NCBI GenBank assembly: GCA_013360575.1
Contig: JABWBG010000001.1
Location: 1 to 49,111, forward strand
Reading direction: 5' to 3'
Length of the DNA stretch: 49,111 bases
Source: Caldilineales bacterium
GTDB lineage: Bacteria; Chloroflexota; Anaerolineae; J102
Within the stretch, counting starts at the first letter, position 1; each line of letters begins with the position of its first letter. Shown piece by piece: positions 15,036 through 23,765 of the stretch. The notes below the pieces were generated by a model. That model made no database searches. It was not told the origin of the DNA and saw only the letters and a program-made list of their open reading frames with translations. Position numbers and translations under genes: made by a program.

Positions 15036-16331
15036 ATGCCCCTCTACGATCCCGCCGTCGAAACCCTGCCCCGCCCGCAACTGCGCGACCTCCAGGCCCA
15101 AAAACTGCGCGCCATGTTGGAGGAACTCTGGGAGCGCAACGCCTTCTACACCGCCAAACTGCGGGCCGCGCACCTCACCCCGGCTGATTTCGGCTCGCTG
15201 GAAGATTTGCCGCGCCTCCCGCTCACCACAAAACACGAGCTCGTCCACGATCAGCTCGCCGTCCCCCCCTTCGGCGCGAACACCACCTACCCGCTGGATG
15301 CCTACACCCGCTTCCACCAGACCTCCGGCACCACCGGCGTCCCCTTCCGGGTGCTGGACACCGCCGCCAGTTGGGAATGGTGGGGCCGCTGTTGGGCGCA
15401 TGTTCTCGCCGGCGCCGGGATGACCAGCGCCGACCGCCTGTTCATGGCCTTTTCTTTCGGCCCCTTCATCGGGTTTTGGGCCGCGGCAGACGGCGCGCGG
15501 CAGATCGGGGCGTTGATGATCCCCGGCGGCGGGCGCAACTCGTTGCAGCGGCTGGAACTGATGCGCGATACCGGCGCCACCGCGCTTTGCTGCACGCCCA
15601 CCTACGCCCTGCGCCTGGCCGAGGTCGCCCGCGAGAGCCATTTCGATTTGCGCCAGATTCCCATCCGCGCCACCATTCACGCCGGCGAGCCGGGCGCCAG
15701 CATCCCCGCCACCAAGCAGCGCATCGAGGCCGCCTGGAACGCCAAATGTTACGATCACGCCGGGGCGTCGGAGGTCGGCGCGCATTCCTTCGAGTGCGAA
15801 GCCCAGCCGGGCGGGACGCACGTGATCGAGAGTGAATTCATCGTGGAGGTGCTGAATCCGCAGACCGGCGCGGCGGTTCCCCCCGGCGAGCGGGGGGAAC
15901 TCGTGATCACGAATCTGGGCCGCTGGGGATTTCCCATCCTCCGCTATCGCACCGGCGATCTGGTCGAACTCGACCCGACGCCGTGCGTCTGCGGCCGCAC
16001 ATTTGCCCGTTTTCAGGGCGGCATCCTCGGCCGCGCCGACGACATGGTCACCGTGCGCGGTGTGAACGTCTTCCCCAGCGCGGTGGAGAACATCATCCGC
16101 CGCTTCGATCAGGTGGACGAATTTCGCGTGACGGTGCGCACCCTCCGGCGCATGGACGAGATGGAGATCGAACTCGAACTCACCCACGGGGCCGATCCTT
16201 CCCTGGTCGAGGCGGTGGCCTCCGCGTTGGACTCGGCGCTTTCCTTCCGCCCGATCGTCCGCGTCGTCGAGCGCGACGCCCTGCCGCGCTTCGAACTCAA
16301 GGCCAAACGCTTCCACGTCCTCCGCGAGTAG
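15036..16331 (+). CDS. Phenylacetate-CoA ligase (PaaK)/F390-synthetase family adenylating enzyme
   Basis: 431 aa from ATG 15036. MPLYDPAVETLPRPQLRDLQAQKLRAML...LEDLPRLPLTTKHEL and TSGTTG fit PaaK-type ligases. The ORF-track start at 14946 is upstream read-through in another gene's tail. Confidence 0.85.
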   Translation: MPLYDPAVETLPRPQLRDLQAQKLRAMLEELWERNAFYTAKLRAAHLTPADFGSLEDLPRLPLTTKHELVHDQLAVPPFGANTTYPLDAYTRFHQTSGTTGVPFRVLDTAASWEWWGRCWAHVLAGAGMTSADRLFMAFSFGPFIGFWAAADGARQIGALMIPGGGRNSLQRLELMRDTGATALCCTPTYALRLAEVARESHFDLRQIPIRATIHAGEPGASIPATKQRIEAAWNAKCYDHAGASEVGAHSFECEAQPGGTHVIESEFIVEVLNPQTGAAVPPGERGELVITNLGRWGFPILRYRTGDLVELDPTPCVCGRTFARFQGGILGRADDMVTVRGVNVFPSAVENIIRRFDQVDEFRVTVRTLRRMDEMEIELELTHGADPSLVEAVASALDSALSFRPIVRVVERDALPRFELKAKRFHVLRE

Positions 16332-16371
16332 CCGCCCCGTGTGCCAACCTGGACTTGCTCATTTCCCAGCC

Positions 16372-16412
16372 CGCTTGCCCGCAAGCGACGCTTGCCAGCA
16401 AGCGACGCTTGC
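16372..16412 (+). promoter_or_regulatory. Twin 15-bp palindromes (candidate operator)
   Basis: GCAAGCGACGCTTGC occurs at 16381-16395 and 16398-16412 (17-bp period), preceded by CGCTTGC (16372-16378). This gives five alternating GCTTGC/GCAAGC half-sites in the 122-nt gap before the SnoaL-like gene. Confidence 0.4.
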
Positions 16413-16453
16413 CAACAGGCGGCGCAGGCCCCACCCTCAATACGGAGTCGAAG

Positions 16454-16879
16454 ATGAACATCCAAACATTCATGCAGGGCTACAAGGCTGCCTGGGAAGC
16501 CCGCGATCCGGCCCTGTTTGCCGCGCTCTTCCACGCAGATGGCGTGTACCACAACACGCCGTTCCAGGTGCAAACAGGCAGGGCCGCGCTGGTCGAGTAC
16601 TGGAAACGTGTCCAACTGCAAGAAGATGTGCAGGTCGCCTTCACAGTCCTGGCCGATCAAGGCGACGCAGGCCTCGCGCACTGGCACGTGACCTACCAGG
16701 TGGCGTCTGAAGAGCTCTTCCAGATCTGGGCGCGTTCTACGGGAACAGGCCTGCCGGCCAGAAAGCCGGGAGAACCCTTGCCACGCATGGTGTTGGATGG
16801 CGTTCTGCAGGCCACGTTTGCACAGGGTCTGTGCGCCGAGGCGCGCATCTGGTGGCACAGCATGCCCCAAGTGGCCTGA
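16454..16879 (+). CDS. SnoaL-like/NTF2-fold protein
   Basis: 141 aa. MNIQTFMQGYKAAWEARDPALFAALFHADGVYHNTPF is the typical SnoaL_2 opening. Only the last 141 codons of ORF 15983..16879 are taken as the gene. Confidence 0.7.
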   Translation: MNIQTFMQGYKAAWEARDPALFAALFHADGVYHNTPFQVQTGRAALVEYWKRVQLQEDVQVAFTVLADQGDAGLAHWHVTYQVASEELFQIWARSTGTGLPARKPGEPLPRMVLDGVLQATFAQGLCAEARIWWHSMPQVA

Positions 16880-16955
16880 GTCGCTCAGTGGCCCGGTCAC
16901 CGGGCGCCGAACGCAGGAGGCGCAAGCTAAAGGCCTGACTTGCGGACTCAAACAG

Positions 16956-17050
16956 CAGGCGCGAAAATGGGGGGGTCGTTACGATAGGCCGGCATCGACC
17001 AGATGGCTGCCGCCGGCGCAGGGTGCAGAGTCCGGGTTCTCGCTTGCGGC
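16956..17050 (+). repeat. Dispersed GC-rich repeat, copy 1 (second copy at 31924-32016)
   Basis: CAGGCGCGAAAATGGGGG..TACGA.AGGCC...GCCGCCGGC...GGGTTCT is shared with 31924-32016 over about 95 nt. It contains the GCAGGG(C/T)G core also seen next to the island repeats. Confidence 0.7.
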
Positions 17051-17190
17051 AAGAGGCCCGCCGAACCACCCTTTGCATTGCGGGGCTGCCGCCCACAGTT
17101 CAGGACCTGGCCGAATTGTTTGCACTTTGGACGGGGCGCTGACCCACCCGGCACGCACAAACCAACGTCGATTTTGCAAGGAGTTTGCTC

Positions 17191-18741
17191 ATGAGGGCGA
17201 TCACACACCGAACCGACCACTACAATGCCAGCGCGGTGCTGGATCACAATCTCGCCGAAGGGCGCGGCGACAAAGTCGCCATCTACACCCGCGACCAGGC
17301 CTACACCTACCAGCAACTCGGCGAGCTGGCCAACCGGGCCGGCAACGCCCTGAAGGAACTGGGCGTGGAACAGGAGCAGCGAGTCTTGATGCTCTTGCTC
17401 GACACGCCGCAGTTCCCGGCCACCTTTTTCGGCGCCATCAAAATCGGCGCTGTGCCCATCCCCACCAACACGGTGATGCAGTCCGCCGATTACGCCTACT
17501 TTCTGAACGACAGCCGCGCCAGAGTGGCAGTGGTGAGCGGGCCGCTGTACAAACTCATCGAACCGATCCGGGCCACCTGCAAGTACCTCAAACAGGTGAT
17601 CGTGGTCGATGGCGATGACGCGCCCGGCGTGATTGACTGGCAGACATGGGTGGACGCCGCCTCGCCCAGCCTGGACCCGGCGGACACCTCGCCCGACGAC
17701 ATCGCCTTCTGGCTGTACAGTTCCGGCTCGACCGGCTTCCCCAAAGGCGCGGTGCACCTGCAGCACGACATCGCCTTCACGGTCGAGAACTACGCGCGCG
17801 GCGTGATCCACATGACCGAGAACGATCTGTGCTTCTCCGGCTCGAAACTGTTTCACGCCTACGGCCTGGGCAACAACATGACCTTCCCCTACGGCGTCGG
17901 CGCAAGCTCCGTGCTCTTCCCCGGACGCCCCACCCCCGACGCGCTGTTCGGGATCATCACGCGCTTTCATCCCACACTCTTCTTCTCGGTGCCGACGATG
18001 TACGCGGCGATGCTGGCCGCGCCCGAAGCCGAGAAAAAATACGACCTGAGTTCGGTGCGGCTGTGCGTCTCGGCGGCCGAGGCGCTGCCGGCAGAGATTT
18101 ATCGGCAGTGGAAAGAAAAGTTCGGGGTGGAAATCCTCGACGGCATCGGCTCGACCGAGATGCTGCACATCTTCATCTCCAACTATCCGGGACGCGTGCG
18201 AGCAGGGTCAAGCGGGCAACTTGTGCCCGGCTATACCGCCAGACTCACCGACGAGAATGGGCGAGAAGTCCCGGCAGGCGAGATCGGCGACCTGCTGATC
18301 AGCGGCGACAGCGCCGCGCCCTTCTACTGGAACAAGCACGAAAAGAGCAAATACACCATGCGCGGCGAGTGGATGTTCACCGGCGACAAATACCACATGG
18401 ACGCCGACGGCTATTTCTGGTACGACGGGCGCTCGGACGACATGCTGAAGGTGGGCGGGGCCTGGGTCTCGCCGATTGAGGTGGAGAGCGCGCTGATCGA
18501 ACATCCGGCGGTGCTGGAGAGCGCGGTGGTGGGCACCAAAGATGAGGCGGGATTGGTCAAAGCCAAAGCCTTCGTGGTTTTGCAAGAGGGCGTCAAGGGA
18601 TCGCCGGAGCTGGTCAAAGAGCTGCAGGAGTTCGTCAAAGCCCGCATCGCCCCCTACAAATATCCGCGCATGATCGAATTCGTGCCAGATTTGCCGAAGA
18701 CGGTCACCGGGAAGATTCAGCGGTACAAGTTACGCCAGTAG
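17191..18741 (+). CDS. Benzoate-CoA ligase family (benzoate/4-hydroxybenzoate-type aromatic acid CoA ligase)
   Basis: 516 aa from ATG 17191, with SD AAGGAG 7 nt upstream. YNASAVLDHNLAEGRGDKVAIY...DTPQFPATFFGAIKIGAVPIPTNT..ADYAYFLNDSRARVAVVS closely follows the benzoate-CoA ligase family pattern. AMP-binding SSGSTGFPKG is present. Confidence 0.85.
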   Translation: MRAITHRTDHYNASAVLDHNLAEGRGDKVAIYTRDQAYTYQQLGELANRAGNALKELGVEQEQRVLMLLLDTPQFPATFFGAIKIGAVPIPTNTVMQSADYAYFLNDSRARVAVVSGPLYKLIEPIRATCKYLKQVIVVDGDDAPGVIDWQTWVDAASPSLDPADTSPDDIAFWLYSSGSTGFPKGAVHLQHDIAFTVENYARGVIHMTENDLCFSGSKLFHAYGLGNNMTFPYGVGASSVLFPGRPTPDALFGIITRFHPTLFFSVPTMYAAMLAAPEAEKKYDLSSVRLCVSAAEALPAEIYRQWKEKFGVEILDGIGSTEMLHIFISNYPGRVRAGSSGQLVPGYTARLTDENGREVPAGEIGDLLISGDSAAPFYWNKHEKSKYTMRGEWMFTGDKYHMDADGYFWYDGRSDDMLKVGGAWVSPIEVESALIEHPAVLESAVVGTKDEAGLVKAKAFVVLQEGVKGSPELVKELQEFVKARIAPYKYPRMIEFVPDLPKTVTGKIQRYKLRQ

Positions 18742-18976
18742 CCAGTCGGGCGCAGGGCGCTGCGCAGAAAGGATGCTGAGCCACCCATGACCTACTTTTT
18801 GAAGGCGCGGCGCTTTCACGTTCAGCCGTGAAGGAGGTGAAACGACAACGAACTTTTATAGACGCCCTGTGCATGATCGGATTGTTTAGGAGTACGCTGG
18901 CCCTGCCACGTGCACGCAATCGGATGCTGTGACCCGGTCAGCCTTTCCACCACCCACACGAACATTGGAGGAAACG

Positions 18977-20269
18977 ATGAATACGCCCCTTGGGCATCTG
19001 CCAGCCAAGCTGGCGCGACTTGCCCTCTTGTTTGCGGTGTGCAGCCTGGTGCTCGCGGCCTGCGCCACACCCCCCCCCACCTCGCCGCCCGCGGCCACGG
19101 CGGCCCCGCCCACAGCAGTCCCGCCCACAGCGGTCCCGCCCACCCCCGTCCCGGCGGAACCGATCAAAATCGGCACGCTGACCGACCTGACCAGTTCCTT
19201 CACCCCCTGGGGCGTGCAGGCCCGCGACGGGATGGCGCTGGCAGCCAAGGAAATCAACGAAGCCGGCGGCGTGGATGGCCGCATGATCGAGATCATCGTC
19301 CAAGACACGGAAAACAACGCCGACATCGGCGTCGACCGCTTCGAGCGGCTCGTCGAGGACGGCGTGGTCGCGGTTGGCGGCATCATTTCCAGCGGCGTCG
19401 GCGTGCCGGTTGCCGCCGCGGCCGAACAGGCAAAGATGCCGCTCTTCCTGGTCAAATCCGGCACCCAGGCCGCCCTCACCCGGAACAGCCGCTACACCTT
19501 CCGCACCTGTCTGCCGGCGGCGCCGATGGACGCCGCGCCGGTGCTACAGTACGCCCGCGAGAAAGGGTTCACCAAGGTCGGGGGCATCGTGGCCGACTAC
19601 CCGTGGGGGCAAGCCATGAAGGCCGCCATCGAGAACACATTCAAGGACTCCGGCATTGAATTCACCATCGAAGTGGCGCCGGTGCCGCCAACCACCGACT
19701 TCACCCCCTTTGTGCGGGCGATGGCCGACTTTGGCGCGCAGATGATCGTGGGCACCGGCCATCCGCCGGGCAACTCGGCCATCGTCGCCCTATCAGCCGA
19801 CCTGGCCGGGAACGTGCCGGTCACCGGCTCGTGGGTGCCGCCAACTCTGGCCGTCGGCGGCTTGCAGGAGCTGGCCATCGGGCGCTTTAGCGATTTCGCC
19901 TGCGCCGACTACTTCAGCGACAGTTACGCCGATCTGGCCAAGCGCTACCTGGCCTTCTCCGATAATAAGCTGATGTCGGACGACGCCGTGGCCGGCTATG
20001 CCATCGTGCAAATCGTCGCCCGGGCAGTCAAGGCGGTTGGCGACGACCCGGCAGCCATCGCCGCGTATGTCCATGCCAACTCCTTCGACATGCCGGGCTA
20101 TGGCCACACGCTGAGCTGGACCGAGTGGGGCGAGATGGCCGAGGCCCGGCCACTCTTCACCATCATCAGCGCAGGCCCCGCGCCCGCGGGCTTGAATGAA
20201 GCCGGAGACTGGTGGTTCGAGTTGCTGACCCATTCCGACCCGCTCGAACCCTACATGCCGGAGCAATAG
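18977..20269 (+). CDS. LivK-type ABC substrate-binding lipoprotein with long Pro/Thr/Ala linker
   Basis: Signal peptide with lipobox LAAC, then ATPPPTSPPAATAAPPTAVPPTAVPPTPVPAEP, then the periplasmic-binding fold (IKIGTLTDLTS...). ATG 18977 has SD GGAGG. Confidence 0.85.
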   Translation: MNTPLGHLPAKLARLALLFAVCSLVLAACATPPPTSPPAATAAPPTAVPPTAVPPTPVPAEPIKIGTLTDLTSSFTPWGVQARDGMALAAKEINEAGGVDGRMIEIIVQDTENNADIGVDRFERLVEDGVVAVGGIISSGVGVPVAAAAEQAKMPLFLVKSGTQAALTRNSRYTFRTCLPAAPMDAAPVLQYAREKGFTKVGGIVADYPWGQAMKAAIENTFKDSGIEFTIEVAPVPPTTDFTPFVRAMADFGAQMIVGTGHPPGNSAIVALSADLAGNVPVTGSWVPPTLAVGGLQELAIGRFSDFACADYFSDSYADLAKRYLAFSDNKLMSDDAVAGYAIVQIVARAVKAVGDDPAAIAAYVHANSFDMPGYGHTLSWTEWGEMAEARPLFTIISAGPAPAGLNEAGDWWFELLTHSDPLEPYMPEQ

Positions 20270-20275
20270 CGCCCC

Positions 20276-21016
20276 ATGGCCCTACTCGAGCTGGATCAGG
20301 TGCACAAGCACTTTGGCGGTCTGGCCGCGGTCAATGGCGTGAACGTGCGGGCCGACGATGGCGAGATCCTGGCCATCGTCGGCCCCAACGGCGCCGGCAA
20401 GAGCACGCTGCTCAAGCTGATCGTCGGCCTCGAAACGCCGACCCGAGGCGCCATCCGGTTCGCCGGCCAGGAGATCACCCAGGCCCCGCCCCACCGCGTG
20501 CGCCAGATGGGAATCGCCATGGTGCAACAGACGCCCCGCCACTTTGCCTCGATGACCGCGCTGGAGAATGTGGCGCTGGGCGCGCTCTTTGGCCGGGCAG
20601 GCGCGCATCGCCAGGAAGAGCAGGCCCTGGAGCTGGCCGGCGAGGCGCTGTCGTTCGTCGGCCTGGCCGACCGCCGCCACGACCTCGTCGGGCATCTCAA
20701 CTTGCACGAGCAGCGCTTCCTGGAACTGGCCCGGGCCATCGCCGGAGGCCCCCGGCTGTTGGCGCTGGATGAAGTGATGGCCGGCCTCAACGATACCGAG
20801 CTGGAGGCCTCCATCGCCATCATCCGAGCGATCCGTGATCAGTTCAACATGACCATCATCTGGGTGGAGCACGTCATGAAGGCGGTGATGAGCCTGGCGG
20901 AACGGGTGGTGGTGCTCGATTTCGGAACTATCCTCACCGAGGGACTGCCCGCAGAGGTGATGCGCCACCCGGCAGTCGTCAAGGCCTATCTGGGCCAGGA
21001 GATGAATCATGCTTGA
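20276..21016 (+). CDS. ABC transporter ATP-binding protein (LivG-type)
   Basis: Walker A GPNGAGKST, with signature and Walker B regions present. 246 aa. Confidence 0.9.
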   Translation: MALLELDQVHKHFGGLAAVNGVNVRADDGEILAIVGPNGAGKSTLLKLIVGLETPTRGAIRFAGQEITQAPPHRVRQMGIAMVQQTPRHFASMTALENVALGALFGRAGAHRQEEQALELAGEALSFVGLADRRHDLVGHLNLHEQRFLELARAIAGGPRLLALDEVMAGLNDTELEASIAIIRAIRDQFNMTIIWVEHVMKAVMSLAERVVVLDFGTILTEGLPAEVMRHPAVVKAYLGQEMNHA

Positions 21017-21707
21017 GGTGGCGGGGTTCTCGGCCGGATACCAGGGCAACGATGTGCTCCACGCTGTGGCCTTTCGGGTCGATGCCGGTGAGGCGGTGAT
21101 GATCATTGGCTCGAACGGCGCCGGCAAGACAACGCTGTTCCGGGCGATGTGCGGGCTGCTCTCGCCCTCTGCCGGTCAGGTTCGCTTCGAGGGGAATGAC
21201 ATCACCCGGCTGCCGGCGGAACGCATCGCCCGACTGGGGCTGCGGTTTGTCTCCGCGGAGCGGCATCTGTTCCCCCGCATGACCGTGCAGGAAAACCTGC
21301 TGCTGGGCGCCTATCCCCACCGGCCCGATCCCCAGACCCTGTCGACCGTGCTGGAGTTATTTCCCCGTCTGGCCGAGCGGCGGCGGCAGCACGCCGGAAC
21401 GATGAGCGGCGGCGAGCAACAGATGCTGGCCGTGGGGCGGGCGCTGATGTCCAAACCCCGCCTTCTCGTGCTGGACGAGCCAAGCACAGGACTGGCCCCT
21501 TTGCTGGCTCAGGCCACGTACAAGGCCCTCAGGGTGCTGCGCAAACAGGGGCTGACCGTGCTGGTGGCCGAGCAGCAGGTGCCGCTGGCCATGGCCTTCA
21601 GCGATCGGGGGTACGTCCTCGAAAACGGTTTCATCCGGCTGCAGGGCACGACCGCAGAACTGGCGGCCCATCCCGGCATCCGCAGCGCTTATTTAGGAGT
21701 GACATGA
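21009..21707 (+). CDS. ABC transporter ATP-binding protein (LivF-type)
   Basis: Walker A GSNGAGKTT, signature MSGGEQQML, Walker B LLVLDEP. 8-nt overlap with the upstream gene. Confidence 0.9.
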   Translation: MLEVAGFSAGYQGNDVLHAVAFRVDAGEAVMIIGSNGAGKTTLFRAMCGLLSPSAGQVRFEGNDITRLPAERIARLGLRFVSAERHLFPRMTVQENLLLGAYPHRPDPQTLSTVLELFPRLAERRRQHAGTMSGGEQQMLAVGRALMSKPRLLVLDEPSTGLAPLLAQATYKALRVLRKQGLTVLVAEQQVPLAMAFSDRGYVLENGFIRLQGTTAELAAHPGIRSAYLGVT

Positions 21708-22561
21708 TAGCCAACATCCTTGACGGGATCGTGCTCGGGCTGCAATTCGGCCTGCTGGCCGTGGGGCTTACCCTGGTCTACGGCCTGGGCGGTGTGCTCA
21801 ACCTGGCCCACGGGCAGATGGCAGTCGCCGCGGCCATGGTGGTGGCGCTGGCCCAGGCCGCCGGCCTGCCCATCTGGCTTGCAGCCGGGCTGGGCCTGCT
21901 CGCCGGCGGCCTGATGGGCCTGATTCTGGATCTAACGATCCTGCGCCCGGTGTACCGCTTGCGCGGCGAGGCGCGGGTGCTGCTCAGTCTGCTGCTCACG
22001 CTGGGCGTGTCTTTCACCGTCGAAGGCTTCCTCAACTGGCGCTATGCACTGGGCGCCCTGAGCCTGCGCATCGGGGGTGGGGCGGTCGAGATTCTGGGCG
22101 TGCCCATGCGACGGGGCAGCCTGGCCGCTTCGGCGATCACGCTCGCCACCTTTGCAGCCCTCTTCCTTTTCTTCCGCTACACCTCCCTGGGCCGGGCAGT
22201 GCGTTCGGTGATCGAAGATCAGGAGGGCGCCCGCCTGGTCGGCATCTATCCCCACCGGATGCTGCGCCTGATCCTGGTGCTGAGCGGCGTCCTGGCGGCG
22301 CTGGTGGCGATCACCCGCGCCATGGTCACCCCGATCGATGTGCACTCCGGCCTTTCCATCACCACCTTCGCGCTCATCGTCACCGTGGTGGGGGGGCTGG
22401 GCAACGTGGCCGGGGCCTTGCTGGCAGGGCTCATTCTGGGGATCGTGAACGCCGTCGCCGCCGACCTCATCGGCACCTATATCTCGCTGATCATCCTGCT
22501 GGGGGCCGCGGCGCTGACCATCCTCACCCGCCCGGCCGGGTTGTTGGGGGTGCGGGAATGA
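21704..22561 (+). CDS. Branched-chain-type ABC permease (LivH-type)
   Basis: 285 aa, polytopic. The N-terminus ILDGIVLGLQFGLLAVGLTLVYG is typical. ATGA overlap with the upstream gene. Confidence 0.85.
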   Translation: MIANILDGIVLGLQFGLLAVGLTLVYGLGGVLNLAHGQMAVAAAMVVALAQAAGLPIWLAAGLGLLAGGLMGLILDLTILRPVYRLRGEARVLLSLLLTLGVSFTVEGFLNWRYALGALSLRIGGGAVEILGVPMRRGSLAASAITLATFAALFLFFRYTSLGRAVRSVIEDQEGARLVGIYPHRMLRLILVLSGVLAALVAITRAMVTPIDVHSGLSITTFALIVTVVGGLGNVAGALLAGLILGIVNAVAADLIGTYISLIILLGAAALTILTRPAGLLGVRE

Positions 22562-23577
22562 GTGATCGCCCCACCCACAGCGCCGGCGCCTTCTCGCTCG
22601 GAGGGGTCGAGGCGCACGCCTCCCGATCGCTCCCTCGTCTGCTCCTACCGATTGCCGCGGTGGGCGCGGGGCTGGCTCTGCTGCCCCTCTGGCTCGGCCA
22701 TTCGCGGGTGCTCATGGGCGTCGCCGTCCTGGGGCTGGCCTATGTCTGTTACACCATCGCCTTCAACGTGATCTTCGGCAGCACCGGGCAGTTGTTCCTG
22801 TGCGTTGGCGCGCTCGCCGGCATCGGCGGTTACGGCGGCGCCATCCTGGCCGACAGCGCGGGATGGCCAATCGCCGCGAGCATCCTGGCCGCCACCCTCG
22901 CCGCCACCCTGACCGGCGGACTGCTCAGTTTCGTGGCGGTGCGGCGCTCTCTGGGGGTGATCTTCACCGGCATCATCACCCTCATCTTCTCGTTATCGTT
23001 CGATGCCCTGGTGCTGGGGCTGGGCGAACTGACGGGTGGAGATACGGGGCGGCTGATCACGTCCGGCGCGGGCACATTGCTGCGCGACAAGATCCCGCCC
23101 TACTATCTGATGCTGGCCCTCGCGCTCCTCTTTCTGCTGGTGCACGGGCTGCTGCGGCGCTCCCATGTCGGCTGGGCCTTCCGCGCCCTGCGCGACGACG
23201 AAGTCGCCGCCGAGCTGGCCGGTGTGGATGTCGCCCGTTACCGGGTCTACGCCGCGCTGGTCGGGGCAGCGATGCTGGGCCTGGCCGGCTCGACCTACGC
23301 TTTCACCGAGGGCCGCATCAGCCCGACAACTTTCGGCTTCGGCGAAGTCGATATCGTCGTATTGGTGATGCTGGGCTTCGGCGGCATCGGCGCCCTGTTC
23401 GGCCCCATCGTGGGCGCGGTCACCTTCACCATCGTCGACGAGATCCTGATCGATTTCGGACAGTTGCGGCATGTGGCCTACGGGATGCTGATCATTCTGC
23501 TGTTTCTGCGGCTGCCGCGCGGCGCCATCCCCACCCTGGCCGGGCTGTGGCAGCGCAGGCGCAGGCCGAAAGGCTAG
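22558..23577 (+). CDS. Branched-chain-type ABC permease (LivM-type)
   Basis: 339 aa, polytopic. ATGA overlap with the upstream permease. The motif RALRDDEVAAELAGVDV is typical of LivM. Confidence 0.85.
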   Translation: MSDRPTHSAGAFSLGGVEAHASRSLPRLLLPIAAVGAGLALLPLWLGHSRVLMGVAVLGLAYVCYTIAFNVIFGSTGQLFLCVGALAGIGGYGGAILADSAGWPIAASILAATLAATLTGGLLSFVAVRRSLGVIFTGIITLIFSLSFDALVLGLGELTGGDTGRLITSGAGTLLRDKIPPYYLMLALALLFLLVHGLLRRSHVGWAFRALRDDEVAAELAGVDVARYRVYAALVGAAMLGLAGSTYAFTEGRISPTTFGFGEVDIVVLVMLGFGGIGALFGPIVGAVTFTIVDEILIDFGQLRHVAYGMLIILLFLRLPRGAIPTLAGLWQRRRRPKG

Positions 23578-23747
23578 GCGCGACGACTGAAGCAGTTCAG
23601 ATGCCTGTAAAAAAAGTATTTTTTTTCAACGTATCGTCGAAGATACGCAAGCGCTACTTGCGGAAATAGTACATCGCCGCCCCTGAGTCACCTGCCGACT
23701 AACGGCTCACATGGCCGAACAGGTATCTTTGGGCTTTTTTTTGATCA

Positions 23748-23756
23748 TGGTACAAT
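23748..23756 (+). promoter_or_regulatory. Extended -10 promoter for the trpF block, near-leaderless geometry
   Basis: TGgTACAAT (23748-23756). The trpF ATG at 23766 follows 9 nt after the -10, and no SD can fit. Confidence 0.45.
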
Positions 23757-23765
23757 GCCCGACCC

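Noticed and set aside
15983-16453. N-terminal 157 codons of the 298-aa ORF 15983-16879.
   Set aside because: This part overlaps the PaaK-like gene out of frame and the palindrome-containing spacer. Only the SnoaL-like part from ATG 16454 looks like a real gene.
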